A stretch of DNA of 64,000 nucleotides from an uncultured Spirochaetota bacterium. GTDB lineage: Bacteria; Spirochaetota; Spirochaetia; SZUA-6; Fen-1364. The stretch is taken from assembly GCA_963781885.1 (NCBI GenBank), contig CAWAHW010000005.1, positions 128,001-192,000 of the forward strand, written 5' to 3'. Positions 20,842 through 30,378 of this stretch are shown here, piece after piece (the stretch's first letter is position 1; every line of letters begins with the position of its first letter). Below the pieces are notes generated by a model, which had not been told where the DNA came from, made no database searches, and saw only the letters and a list, made by a program, of their open reading frames with translations. Both the position numbers and the translations under genes were made by a program.

Positions 20842-22610
20842 GGGCCGTCAGGAGCCTCGTCGTCCTGGCCGCGGCGCTTGCGACATTCGGCTGCGCGAGC
20901 ACGGGCACGGCGCAGCGGAAGCCGGTCCCGCTCCCCGCGGCCGAATCGAATGAGATCGGTGACCTCATTTCCAAGGGATCGTACCTGCAGGCTATCGGCA
21001 GGCTCGACGAGCTCAAGCGCGACCAGACGGCGCTGCCGGACGCCGACAAGCTGGAGTCTCAGGCGGAGACGGCCCTCGCGCAGGCTTTCACCGCTTCCGT
21101 CAATGACAAGAAGTACGACGATGCGCTGCGCCTGCTGGATTCCGCGCGCGCCATTGGCAGGGCGGACATCGCGGGAACCTGGACGGAGAAATCTCTCCTG
21201 GAGCAGATCGCCGCCGCGCAAGGAAAGGCCGGAGACGAGGTGCTCGAGCTCCTGACCCGTCTGCGCATCATCGGGCTGGATGCCCCGACGGAAGCGGATT
21301 TCACGGCTGCCCTCGCCGTTGCACGGGACCTTGGCAACCGCGCGGTGCTGCGCACACTGACCGCGCAGATGAAGGCCCACGGATTCGCGGCGCCAGAGGG
21401 CGCGGAAGACGCCACGCCGAGCTTCCCGAGCATGATCTCGGGAACCGTCACCATCGTGGTCAACAAGGGAATCAAGGTGGAAAACGGCGTCGGCTACGCC
21501 GACGGGGTCATCGGCAGCGGCTTTTTCATCGACAAGCGCGGCTACATCCTCACCAACCATCACGTGATCGAAAGCGAAGTCGACCCCAAGTACGAGGGAT
21601 ACTCGCGTCTGTTCGTTCGGCTGCCCAACAGCGCGCCGGGCGACAGGATCCCCGCAAAGGTGGTCGGATGGGACAAGACGTTCGACCTTGCCCTGATCAA
21701 GACCGAGGTGACGCCGGACTATATCTTCGGCGGCTCCATCGACCAGACCCTCACCCCGGGCGACAAGATATACGCCATCGGCTCGCCCGCGGGGCTGGAG
21801 CAGACGCTCACCGCGGGCATCATCTCCGCGATGGGCAGAAAGCTCATGCAGGTCGGCGACAGCATGCAGGTCGACGTACCGCTGAATCCGGGCAACAGCG
21901 GCGGCCCTCTTCTCAGCGACAAGGGAGACCTGATCGGTATTGTTTTTGCCGGCATCCAGCAGTTCGTGGGTCTGAACTTCGCCATTCCCTACACGTGGGT
22001 CCAGAAAGCGCTGCCGGCGCTGTACAAAGGTGGCCAGGCTGTGCACCCCTGGCTGGGCATGGCGGTGGCGGAGACGGACAAGGGCCTCGAGGTGGTCTAC
22101 ACGCTGCCGGACGAGCCGGCGGCTGTTTCAGGGATCAAGATCGGCGATATCGTCGAATCGGTGGATGGCGTTCCCTTCACGAAGATAACGGACATACAGG
22201 AAGCGGTCCTGCGCTATTCTTCTCCCTCCATCGTCACGGTCGCCTTCCGACGCGGGGGGACGGAATACACCGCGCGCGTGTGCCTTTCGGATAGGCCGGA
22301 TTCGCCCATAGAGGTGGCGCTGAAGCGGGACACGCGCGACAACGTGCTCTACCCGCTCTTCGGCTTCCGTCTGCAGAACGTCGGCACGTTCCTCTGGAAG
22401 GGCGACTATGTCGTGAAGCAGGTGATCAAGGGATCCGTCGCGGACGAAACCGGCATATCGCCCGACGATCCGCTCACGATCCAGGATTGGCAGGTCGACA
22501 CCGACAAGGGCTATGCCGTTCTGCAGGTGGTCATCAAGAAGAAGAGGGCGGGATTCCTGGAAAGCGCGATCCAGATCGCATCGTACCTGGACACGAACAT
22601 ATTCATCTGA
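20838..22610 (+). CDS. S1C (HtrA-like) serine protease lipoprotein with PDZ domain
   Basis: Lipobox 'TFGC'; triad 'TNHHV', 'FDLAL', 'GNSGGP'; PDZ after 'PWLGM'. Confidence 0.9.
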   Translation: MRAVRSLVVLAAALATFGCASTGTAQRKPVPLPAAESNEIGDLISKGSYLQAIGRLDELKRDQTALPDADKLESQAETALAQAFTASVNDKKYDDALRLLDSARAIGRADIAGTWTEKSLLEQIAAAQGKAGDEVLELLTRLRIIGLDAPTEADFTAALAVARDLGNRAVLRTLTAQMKAHGFAAPEGAEDATPSFPSMISGTVTIVVNKGIKVENGVGYADGVIGSGFFIDKRGYILTNHHVIESEVDPKYEGYSRLFVRLPNSAPGDRIPAKVVGWDKTFDLALIKTEVTPDYIFGGSIDQTLTPGDKIYAIGSPAGLEQTLTAGIISAMGRKLMQVGDSMQVDVPLNPGNSGGPLLSDKGDLIGIVFAGIQQFVGLNFAIPYTWVQKALPALYKGGQAVHPWLGMAVAETDKGLEVVYTLPDEPAAVSGIKIGDIVESVDGVPFTKITDIQEAVLRYSSPSIVTVAFRRGGTEYTARVCLSDRPDSPIEVALKRDTRDNVLYPLFGFRLQNVGTFLWKGDYVVKQVIKGSVADETGISPDDPLTIQDWQVDTDKGYAVLQVVIKKKRAGFLESAIQIASYLDTNIFI

Positions 22611-22637
22611 GGCGGCCGGCGGGCCCGCGCGCAGCCT

Positions 22638-23531
22638 TCAGACGCGCAGCTTCCTCATCGTCACCTCGGTGCCTTGCTCGCTGTATGAGACCTCGTCGAA
22701 ATAGATCTTCGTGAGGAATATCCCGCGGCCGTTGAAGGCGAGCAGGTTCTCCGGCTCCACCGCGGGCAGCGCGCGCCAGTTGAACCCCTCCCCGTCGTCT
22801 CTGATACTGATCTCGAAGAAAGAAGGGGTGAGCCGCGACGTGATGCGCACGGTGCGGTTCAGCGAATCGCTCGTGCGGGATCGTTCCGCGATCAGCTCGG
22901 CCAGTCTTCCGTCCTGGATTGCCTTGTTCTTTTCCTCGAAGCTGATGCCCAGGTTGCCGTGCTCGATGGCGTTCGTGATCATCTCCTCGATGCCGATCTT
23001 CAAGTTGAGGATCTCCGCTTCCGGCATGATGCAGGGCAGCTGCAGCGTGATCTGGTTGATCACGGGAAAATAAGGCGAATCGGCGTGCGGGAGCACGAAT
23101 GTCTTCGACTCCTCCACCAGGTGCGGGGAGAACAGCGACGAGCGCGCCGCCTCCAGGCGGAACTCCACGACCTTGCGGATTTCCTCGATCAGCTCGCGCA
23201 CATTGAACGGCTTCTTGAAGAAGTTCGTCGCGCCCCCGCGCAGGGCCTTCAGGAGCACGTCCTCGTTGCCCTGGCCGGTCATGAGGATCACCGTGGCGTT
23301 CCTGTCGATGCGCTTGATTTCCGTGAGGAGCGTGAGGCCGTCCATCTTCGGCATCATGATGTCGGAGACGACCAGGAGCGGCGACTGGGTCTTGAACAGC
23401 TCGACGGCCTGTTCGCCATCCTCCGCCTGGATCGGATCGAAGCCTTCGCGGTCGAGAAGACGCGAGAGCAGTGTACGGAGCGCCTGTTGATCGTCGACGA
23501 CTAGCACGCGTGGTTTTCCGCCGCTACTCAC
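22638..23531 (-). CDS. Response regulator fused to an RsbW-like HATPase_c domain
   Basis: REC 'VLVVDD', 'SDIMMPKMDG', 'KKPF'; then 'EEMITNAIEHGN', 'DDGEGF', 'GRGI'. GTG at 23531 follows TTGACA-17-TAGCCT. Confidence 0.88.
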   Translation of the reverse strand: MSSGGKPRVLVVDDQQALRTLLSRLLDREGFDPIQAEDGEQAVELFKTQSPLLVVSDIMMPKMDGLTLLTEIKRIDRNATVILMTGQGNEDVLLKALRGGATNFFKKPFNVRELIEEIRKVVEFRLEAARSSLFSPHLVEESKTFVLPHADSPYFPVINQITLQLPCIMPEAEILNLKIGIEEMITNAIEHGNLGISFEEKNKAIQDGRLAELIAERSRTSDSLNRTVRITSRLTPSFFEISIRDDGEGFNWRALPAVEPENLLAFNGRGIFLTKIYFDEVSYSEQGTEVTMRKLRV

Positions 23532-23568
23532 GCCGAACAGGCTACGATTCGCGTCATGTGATGTCAAG

Positions 23569-23762
23569 GCGTAGGCAGGGATGCCTATGCTCTCGCCGCG
23601 CCTTCCGCTCCTGGCGGAGCTGCGCGGCTGCCGCACTTCGGGGCGAGCGAGTGCACAAATGCCACCGGGTACGGTGGCCGCGGACGCACGTGAGCGAGCC
23701 CCGTAGGCAGGGATGCCGAGGGCGAGCGAGTGCAGGGACGCACGTGAGCGAGCCCCGTAGGC
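23569..23762. repeat. Composite hairpin/direct-repeat cluster (BIME-like)
   Basis: Exact 27-bp repeat at 23682-23708 and 23736-23762. 15-bp repeats at 23641-23655/23720-23734 and 23571-23585/23703-23717. Hairpins with TCCC loops on the minus strand. Confidence 0.85.
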
Positions 23763-23812
23763 CCGCCGCGAGCTTGCGGCGTTGGATATGAGAGAGCGCC
23801 GCGGCCCCGCGA

Positions 23813-23841
23813 TTGCAGCGATGGCGTGCATTGGATATACT
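23813..23841 (+). promoter_or_regulatory. Sigma70 promoter of lepA
   Basis: TTGCAG-17-TATACT, followed by an ~80-nt leader with hairpin ATGCCGCGG-AATA-CCGTGGCAT. Confidence 0.5.
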
Positions 23842-23929
23842 TCGCCCTCGCTATCGGCGCACATGCCGCGGAATACCGTGGCATCCGGGCGCAGGAAAGA
23901 CGTCACAGAGGCACAAGGGAGCATCCAGC

Positions 23930-25732
23930 TTGGAAACAAGCAGAATCCGCAATTTCTGCATCATCGCCCACATCGATCACGGCAAGTCGACGCTCGCGGA
24001 CAGGTTCATCCAGCGCGCGCGCATCGTCTCCGAACGCGATTTCCACGACCAGATCCTGGACAACATGGACATCGAGCGCGAGCGGGGCATCACCATCAAG
24101 AGCCAGGCGGTGGCCATCCCGTACGCGGCGAAGGACGGGAAGGAGTACATCCTGAACCTCGTCGACACGCCGGGACACGTGGACTTTTCCTACGAGGTCT
24201 CCCGGTCCATTTCGGCGTGCGAAGGCGCCGTGCTCCTGATCGATGCCAGCCAGGGCGTGGAGGCGCAAACGCTGGCCAACATGTACATGGCGCTGGAGCA
24301 CAACCTGGAGATCATTCCCGTGATCAACAAGATCGACCTTCCCAGCGCCGACATAGAAGGCGCCCGCCATCAGATCGATCACGACCTGGGGCTGGATTCG
24401 TCCACGGCCCTTCTGGTATCCGGGAAGCTCGGCACGGGCGTGGAGGAGCTGTGTGAAGCGATCGTCGAGCGCGTGCCCCCTCCCACCGGCAGCCCGGACG
24501 AGCCCCTGAAGGCCCTTATCTTCGACTCTCACTACGACGTCTATCGCGGCGTCATCGTGCACGTCCGCGTCTATACGGGGAACCTGCGCGCAGGGCAGAC
24601 GGTGCGATTCTGGTGGAACAGCTCGTCGTACAAGGTGGAGGAGACGGGCATCTTCCGCATCGGCCTCGTGCCCGTGCCGTCGCTGGGTCCGGGGGAGGTC
24701 GGCTATCTCATCGCGGGCATCAAGACCGTCGCCGACACGCGCGTCGGGGACACGGTGACCGACAACGACACCCCGTGCGCCGAGCCCTTGGCGGGCTTCC
24801 GCGACGTGAAGCCTGTCGTCTTTTCGTCGATCTACCCGGTCGATGCTAACGACTATGAAGAGCTCCTTGCCGCGATGGCGAAGCTGAAGCTCAACGACGC
24901 GTCGCTGATCTATGAGAAGGACTCCTCGGTCGCGCTCGGTTACGGCTTCCGCTGCGGCTTCCTGGGTCTCCTGCACCTGGAGATCGTGCAGGAGCGGCTG
25001 GAGCGCGAGTTCGAGATGTCCATCGTGTTCACCGCCCCCTCGGTGCAGTACGGCGTCACCCTGCAGGGCGGCAAGACCATGCTGGTCGACAACCCGTCGA
25101 ATTTCCCCGACCCTTCGCAGATCACGCGGGCGGAGGAGCCGTTCATCTCCGCGTCGATGATCACCCCCGCGACGTACCTGGGCAACATCATCACGCTCTG
25201 CCTGGAGAAGCGCGGCCTGCAGAAGAGCATGACCTATCTCGATGAGAAGCGGGTGGAGCTGGTCTTCGAGATGCCGCTTGCCGAGGTCGTTTTCGACTTC
25301 TACGACAGGCTGAAATCCGTGAGCCGCGGCTACGCGTCATTCGACTACCAGCTCATCGGCATGCGCGAGACGCAGCTTTCCAAGCTCGACATCCTCATCA
25401 ACGGGAAGATGGTGGATGCGCTGTCGCAGCTTGTCTTCCGCGGCAATGCCTACCAGACCGCGCGCCGCGTCTGTGAAAGGCTCCGCGACGAGATCCCGCG
25501 CCAGCAGTTCAAGATCGCCATCCAGGGCGCCATCGGGAGCCAGATCATCGCCCGGGAGACCGTCAACGCGTTCCGCAAGGACGTCACGGCAAAGTGCTAC
25601 GGCGGGGACATCACGCGGAAGCGCAAGCTGCTGGAGAAACAGAAAGAGGGCAAGAAGCGCATGAAGATGGTCGGGGACGTCGAGCTGCCCCAATCCGCCT
25701 TCCTCGCCGTGCTGAAGACCTCAGAGGACTGA
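23930..25732 (+). CDS. lepA: Elongation factor 4 (LepA)
   Basis: 'IRNFCIIAHIDHGKSTLAD', 'GFRCGFLGLLH', 'KCYGGDITRKRKLL'. TTG start after AAGGGAG. Confidence 0.97.
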   Translation: METSRIRNFCIIAHIDHGKSTLADRFIQRARIVSERDFHDQILDNMDIERERGITIKSQAVAIPYAAKDGKEYILNLVDTPGHVDFSYEVSRSISACEGAVLLIDASQGVEAQTLANMYMALEHNLEIIPVINKIDLPSADIEGARHQIDHDLGLDSSTALLVSGKLGTGVEELCEAIVERVPPPTGSPDEPLKALIFDSHYDVYRGVIVHVRVYTGNLRAGQTVRFWWNSSSYKVEETGIFRIGLVPVPSLGPGEVGYLIAGIKTVADTRVGDTVTDNDTPCAEPLAGFRDVKPVVFSSIYPVDANDYEELLAAMAKLKLNDASLIYEKDSSVALGYGFRCGFLGLLHLEIVQERLEREFEMSIVFTAPSVQYGVTLQGGKTMLVDNPSNFPDPSQITRAEEPFISASMITPATYLGNIITLCLEKRGLQKSMTYLDEKRVELVFEMPLAEVVFDFYDRLKSVSRGYASFDYQLIGMRETQLSKLDILINGKMVDALSQLVFRGNAYQTARRVCERLRDEIPRQQFKIAIQGAIGSQIIARETVNAFRKDVTAKCYGGDITRKRKLLEKQKEGKKRMKMVGDVELPQSAFLAVLKTSED

Positions 25733-27337
25733 CGCCGCGTGCGCCATCCTCTGGCCGTAGTACCCGGCCGCCACCCGCACTCGCGCAAGGAAGCCCCTGT
25801 CCGGCGCCGCGGGATCCGGCTCGTCGGGGAAATGCACCCAGGCATAGTCCACATCGCGCAGGAGGCCACGAAGCTCATCCGTGACGGCCGTTCCCGGCGC
25901 CGCGCACGCCGACGACAGCTCCATGCACCTTTCAAGCCGCGCGCGCTCGGCGGCGAGAAAACCGGCAAGTGCATCGGTCTTGAATTGGCGCAGGCGATCC
26001 ACGTGCAGCCTTTCCTTTTGCGTGGCTGCCGACGATAGTCTCTCCTCCAGATCGGCGCCCGCTATCCTCCTGACGCCGAGGTCAAGGCCGCAGACCCCGC
26101 AGTCGAACACGCGTCCGGCGTGCTCCCGCGCCTGCTCCCTCAGGGAGTCCCTGTAGGAGAGGAGCACGGGATCGGTCAGCACGGCTTCCCCATCCTTCGA
26201 GGGCTCGCGGATGAGCTGTCGCCCGGCCATGGCGCGGTAGGAATCGAGGCCCACGGGAAGAAGGCGCGTGGAATCCGCGAGCATCTGAAGATGCGTCGGG
26301 CTTCCCTTCGCGTGCGTGCGGGACCGGGAAAAGGCGAAATCCAGCCCCGTGAGGTAGACCTCCGCCCGCGTGAGGCGCAGCGCCGCGTGCACGCCGGCGA
26401 CGCCGACGGAACCGAGGGCAGGGAAGGAGGTCGGCCGCAGACCGGCGTGCGAAAGCCTGTCGAAAAGCCGCAGGGGGGCGAAATCAGAGGAAAAGAAGCA
26501 TAGCCTGCCCGCCGCCAGGCGCGCGGCAACGGGGAACGACGACAGGTCGCAGGCGAGCACACTCTCCGGGGCGAGGCCCGGGACGAAGTCCCTCAGGTTG
26601 GCGGCCTGCGCCTCCAGGGCGATCACCACGTCGGGATGGATGCCGCGCGCTGCAAGGCAGGGCAGGGCGGTGTCGACAGAGACGAGCAGGAAGCGATCGC
26701 GCAGCCGGGCGATGAGGGGGATTGTCTCATCGAGTGAAGGGCCCGCCCCGGCAAGCAGCACGGGAAGATCCGTGGACAAGGCGCCGAAATCCGCCGCCTG
26801 TCCCAGCAGCGGCAGATTGGAGATGAGGTTGCGCACCTGCAGGCTCCCCAGGGCGATCAGGGTGAGCCTGTTCTGCCAGTATCGCTTCAGCTCCTGCTCG
26901 AGCGCGTGGAGGATGCGGCCGTAGACGACGGGTGCAAGCCGGTAGCCCGCGCTGAGAGGAATTTCCCGCACGCGGCGGAACCTGCCCGTGCCGAGGCTGC
27001 GCAGCGCCGCGGCAACGGCCGCCGGGTCGTCGGTGCGGATGATGGTGAGCCGCGGGTCGTGCGGCAGCCCCGACGCGATCGCGGTGCCCATCACCTCCTG
27101 GAACGCCTCGACGCAGAGCACCGCCCCGTCTGGCGGAAGCGCGTGGAGAAGCTGCTCGAGGCCATGCCCAAGGCCCACGGAAGGCACGTAGACGAGTGTC
27201 TTTGGGAGGGGTGAAAAAACGCGCGCCTTTCGGCGCGCGTACTCTGTCGGATCTTCGGATGGATAGAAGCGGACGCCCCGCCACTGGAGATTCGGTCCGT
27301 GCGGCGTCGGCAGGAGGAGAGGTTCCTCTCCCGGCAT
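25721..27337 (-). CDS. Motility-associated factor (Maf)/MptE-like domain protein
   Basis: 'AGAGPSLD', 'SVDTAL', 'GSV...A', 'LTGLDFAF...THAKG'. Confidence 0.75.
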   Translation of the reverse strand: MPGEEPLLLPTPHGPNLQWRGVRFYPSEDPTEYARRKARVFSPLPKTLVYVPSVGLGHGLEQLLHALPPDGAVLCVEAFQEVMGTAIASGLPHDPRLTIIRTDDPAAVAAALRSLGTGRFRRVREIPLSAGYRLAPVVYGRILHALEQELKRYWQNRLTLIALGSLQVRNLISNLPLLGQAADFGALSTDLPVLLAGAGPSLDETIPLIARLRDRFLLVSVDTALPCLAARGIHPDVVIALEAQAANLRDFVPGLAPESVLACDLSSFPVAARLAAGRLCFFSSDFAPLRLFDRLSHAGLRPTSFPALGSVGVAGVHAALRLTRAEVYLTGLDFAFSRSRTHAKGSPTHLQMLADSTRLLPVGLDSYRAMAGRQLIREPSKDGEAVLTDPVLLSYRDSLREQAREHAGRVFDCGVCGLDLGVRRIAGADLEERLSSAATQKERLHVDRLRQFKTDALAGFLAAERARLERCMELSSACAAPGTAVTDELRGLLRDVDYAWVHFPDEPDPAAPDRGFLARVRVAAGYYGQRMAHAASVL

Positions 27338-27343
27338 CGCCGC

Positions 27344-28903
27344 CTACTGCTTCGCGCTGGAAGGCGCCACGTAGGTCGTGAAGGCGGTGTCGAAATTGTT
27401 CGTAAGCTTTTCCGGCGTCATCAGCACCGCGTACAAGTCGTACTGCAGCGACTGGCTGGCGACGTAGGGAACCCAGTTCGACACGATGGAGGCCGTGCTG
27501 TCGGCCATTTGCTGCTCGCCCTTCAGCTGCAGCACGAGCGCCTGGTCGTCCAGGACGACGGGAGCCGAGACCTGATCCTTCCCCAGCGTGAAGGCGCGGA
27601 AGAAGAAATCCTCAGAGTTCGCCGCGTTGGTCGGCGTGTCGGCATCCACTGTCGCCTTCAAGGGCGCGAAGGAGAAGACGCTGGAGAGGTTGACCGGGAA
27701 GAACACGGTGGAGGAGATCTTCAGGCCCATCTCCCGCGCGGCCGCGTTGAAGCCCACTTCTGCCGACCGCCGCGAGAGCTCGCCGGCGCGTCCGTTGAAG
27801 TAGTCCTCGATCTTGCCTTTCTCATACGTTGTGATGTAGGTGCGCACGTCGGCCTGGATGGCGGCGTTGGAGAAATCCGCGTCGGCTGCCTCCGCGTCGC
27901 AGCGGTAGATCATCCAGCCGAAAGTGCCCTTGAGGACGTCGCTCAGCTCCCCGGTCTTCAGCGCAAGGATCTTCTGGGCGTCCGCCTTGACGTTGAAGTC
28001 TGCCTCAAGGTCATAGGCGTAGCGCCAGCCCATGTCCCCGCCCTTGTCGGCGTAGCTGTCCTTGGAGTATGTCTTGGCGAGCTCCTCAAAGCTGCTGGTC
28101 TTGTCGAGGATCTTCTTCCTGATCTCCGTCGCCTGCGCCTCCGAGGTCTTCACGAGGATCCTGCTCACCTTTTCCCTCACGAAGCGGGACTTGTTCGCCT
28201 CACCGTACTTGCGCACCTCTTCATCCGGGAAGGACGTGAAGGGGAGGCTCACGAAGTTGAAGCTGCGCTCCGGAAGGATCATCGCCTTGATGAAATCCGT
28301 TTCCTTGGACCCGTCCCGGACGCCGGATGCCAGGTCATTCACGACGGTCTGCGACACGAGGTTTTCACGCGTGATCTTCCGCGTCGAGGCCTTGTCCGCA
28401 GCCGATGCCGCGGTGAACTTGTCCTCGCTGAACTTGCCATTGTCGTCCAGGTAGCCGGGGTAGCTCAGGAGGGCCTTGTCGACCGCGTCTTCGGAGATGC
28501 TCACACCGGCGCGATCCGCCTGTTGGAGGATGGCAAAGTGCTCGGCCGTGCTCATGAAGGCCTGGTACCAGACCTGGTAGGTCTGCGCCGCGTTGTCCGT
28601 GCTTCCGGAGTTGTTGCCCTGCACCTGGTTGGCGAATGCCTGGACCTGTTGGGCGAAGTAGTTGCCCTGCGCATAGGAGATTTCCTGGCCGCCATAGGCC
28701 CCGAAAACGATGTTCCCGCCGCTGCCGATGGTTCCCCGACCCATGATTCCGCCGGGACCCGCGAGCACGAAGCTCACGACGATGACGACGAGCAGAACAA
28801 TAAGGCCCACGTACATGAGGGGGTGGGTCTGCTTGCGCTTCTCTATCGATTCGGAGACACTCTCTCCCTTTTTCTGCTGCGCTCTCCTGAACTCTCGTGA
28901 CAT
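27344..28903 (-). CDS. SurA/PpiD-like periplasmic chaperone / parvulin PPIase
   Basis: N-terminal TM, 'FEELAKTYSKDSYADKGGDMGW'; promoter TTGACA-17-TATTTT (28973-28945). Confidence 0.85.
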   Translation of the reverse strand: MSREFRRAQQKKGESVSESIEKRKQTHPLMYVGLIVLLVVIVVSFVLAGPGGIMGRGTIGSGGNIVFGAYGGQEISYAQGNYFAQQVQAFANQVQGNNSGSTDNAAQTYQVWYQAFMSTAEHFAILQQADRAGVSISEDAVDKALLSYPGYLDDNGKFSEDKFTAASAADKASTRKITRENLVSQTVVNDLASGVRDGSKETDFIKAMILPERSFNFVSLPFTSFPDEEVRKYGEANKSRFVREKVSRILVKTSEAQATEIRKKILDKTSSFEELAKTYSKDSYADKGGDMGWRYAYDLEADFNVKADAQKILALKTGELSDVLKGTFGWMIYRCDAEAADADFSNAAIQADVRTYITTYEKGKIEDYFNGRAGELSRRSAEVGFNAAAREMGLKISSTVFFPVNLSSVFSFAPLKATVDADTPTNAANSEDFFFRAFTLGKDQVSAPVVLDDQALVLQLKGEQQMADSTASIVSNWVPYVASQSLQYDLYAVLMTPEKLTNNFDTAFTTYVAPSSAKQ

Positions 28904-29057
28904 TGCCTTTTCCTGTGTGGGTGTGATGGATTCCGATCTGAAAGAAAATAGCACGGCCCGGAATGCGTGTCAACGACCCGGTGTGCCGCCGGGCGCCCGC
29001 GGCATCGGCATCCAGCGCCGCAGGTCCGCCGCAGGCGCGCTTCCATGCCGACGCCCC

Positions 29058-29086
29058 TTGACAGCTCACACACCCGCGGCTACATT
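29058..29086 (+). promoter_or_regulatory. Sigma70 promoter of tRNA-Asp
   Basis: TTGACA-17-TACATT, 9 nt before the tRNA. Confidence 0.8.
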
Positions 29087-29095
29087 CACCGTCAC

Positions 29096-29169
29096 GGGGG
29101 CGTGGCGAAGCTGGTTATCGCGCTGGCCTGTCAAGCCGGAGGCCGCGGGTTCAAGTCCCGTCGCTCCCG
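29096..29169 (+). tRNA. tRNA-Asp (anticodon GTC), CCA not encoded
   Basis: Acceptor GGGGGCG/CGCTCCC, anticodon arm CTGGC-CTGTCAA-GCCGG, T loop TTCAAGT. Confidence 0.96.
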
Positions 29170-29309
29170 CATTTTTTTCCCGCTGTTTGCGGTTTTCCTA
29201 ACACTTCCCTCCCGGTAGCCAATAGTGTGCACTCTATTCGGTTTCTGGGAGGGAATACCTATGGTATGATCTATCCGATAGAGTCTTCTTTGGAAAAGCT
29301 TGGCCCCAG

Positions 29310-30368
29310 TCATTTTCGCGGAATGGTATCTAGATTCTCCATCCCCATCGACAATCTGCCGGCTTCGATTTCGTGCACCAATACCGTGAGGCGGGCATTG
29401 ACAGGCGTCGGTACGCCCAATTCGCGGCCGCGTCCCACGATGTAGCCGTTCAGGTGGTCGATCTCCGTGGGTTGCCCGCGGTCCAGTGACTGCAGCGTCG
29501 ACGGCCGCGACGTTCCCGAGAACTTCCCGATGGCCAGCATGAACAGTTCCCGTTTCAGCTTTGCTGCCGCTCCCGAGCCCGCAAGGAAGCGATGGAAATC
29601 GAGAATGCCGAAGAAAGGCTCCACCGTGAGGCCCGCGGCATCTGCCACCGCGACCGCCTCCCGCATGACAGCGACGAAAATTTCGCGGCCGGGCCGGCTC
29701 GTGATGATCTCCCGGACCGTCTTGTTTGCGACGGCGCACATGGCGTTGAAGCAGGAGTTCAAAATGAGCTTTGCATAAAGATCGCCATAGATGTTGCGGG
29801 AAACCCGGGTCGGCATGACGTGTCCAAGCGCGTTCTTCAACTCGGCAAAAAGGGGCGTCCCCGTTGATGCAATCGGTCCGATGACGAACCGTCCACGCGA
29901 CGTGACCTCCACCAAATCATGATCGTGCAGGGTGGCGCCCCACCCGATGACGCACCCGATGACGCGCTCGCGGCCGACCACTTCGGCCAACGCGTCCACG
30001 AAGATTCCGTTCTGAAGAGATACGAGAAGGCCTTCCGGGGCCATGAATGGAGCTACCGCCCGCGCTGGTCCGAGCGCATCCCCAGCTTTTGTCGCCAAGA
30101 GCACAAGGTCCTTCGGCCCGGAAAGGTTCTCAACCCCGACAACAGCCTTCAACGGCACGGTGAAGCGTCCCCGTGCCCCGGTGATCCGCATGCCGCTGCT
30201 CGCGAGCCTGCTGGCAACCGGGGAGGTCCGGCACACCACCTCGACGTCGCACCCCGCCTTGGTGAGAAACGCGGCCGTCACACCGCCGATGCTGCCGGGG
30301 CCAATAAGGGCGATTCGCAGGTGCTTCAGCTTCCGGACACTTGTCGAATAAGATGGATCCATCCGCAT
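29310..30368 (-). CDS. Ketopantoate reductase (PanE/ApbA) family protein
   Basis: 'IGPGSIGG', 'LATKA', 'SLQNG', 'KLILN', 'PSTLQSLDRGQPTEIDHLNG'. Start at 30368 or 30362. Confidence 0.88.
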   Translation of the reverse strand: MRMDPSYSTSVRKLKHLRIALIGPGSIGGVTAAFLTKAGCDVEVVCRTSPVASRLASSGMRITGARGRFTVPLKAVVGVENLSGPKDLVLLATKAGDALGPARAVAPFMAPEGLLVSLQNGIFVDALAEVVGRERVIGCVIGWGATLHDHDLVEVTSRGRFVIGPIASTGTPLFAELKNALGHVMPTRVSRNIYGDLYAKLILNSCFNAMCAVANKTVREIITSRPGREIFVAVMREAVAVADAAGLTVEPFFGILDFHRFLAGSGAAAKLKRELFMLAIGKFSGTSRPSTLQSLDRGQPTEIDHLNGYIVGRGRELGVPTPVNARLTVLVHEIEAGRLSMGMENLDTIPRK

Positions 30369-30378
30369 CCATTTCGGC

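Noticed and set aside
23569-23762. Possible mini CRISPR array
   Set aside because: Only two copies of the 27-bp repeat, the intervening sequence is itself repeated nearby, and there are no cas genes in the window.
23532-23939. Long N-terminal extensions in the ORF track (REC-HATPase, rpsF, OmpR, MttB, lepA)
   Set aside because: They run through promoters, repeats or neighbouring genes; downstream starts fit SD/promoter and family evidence better.
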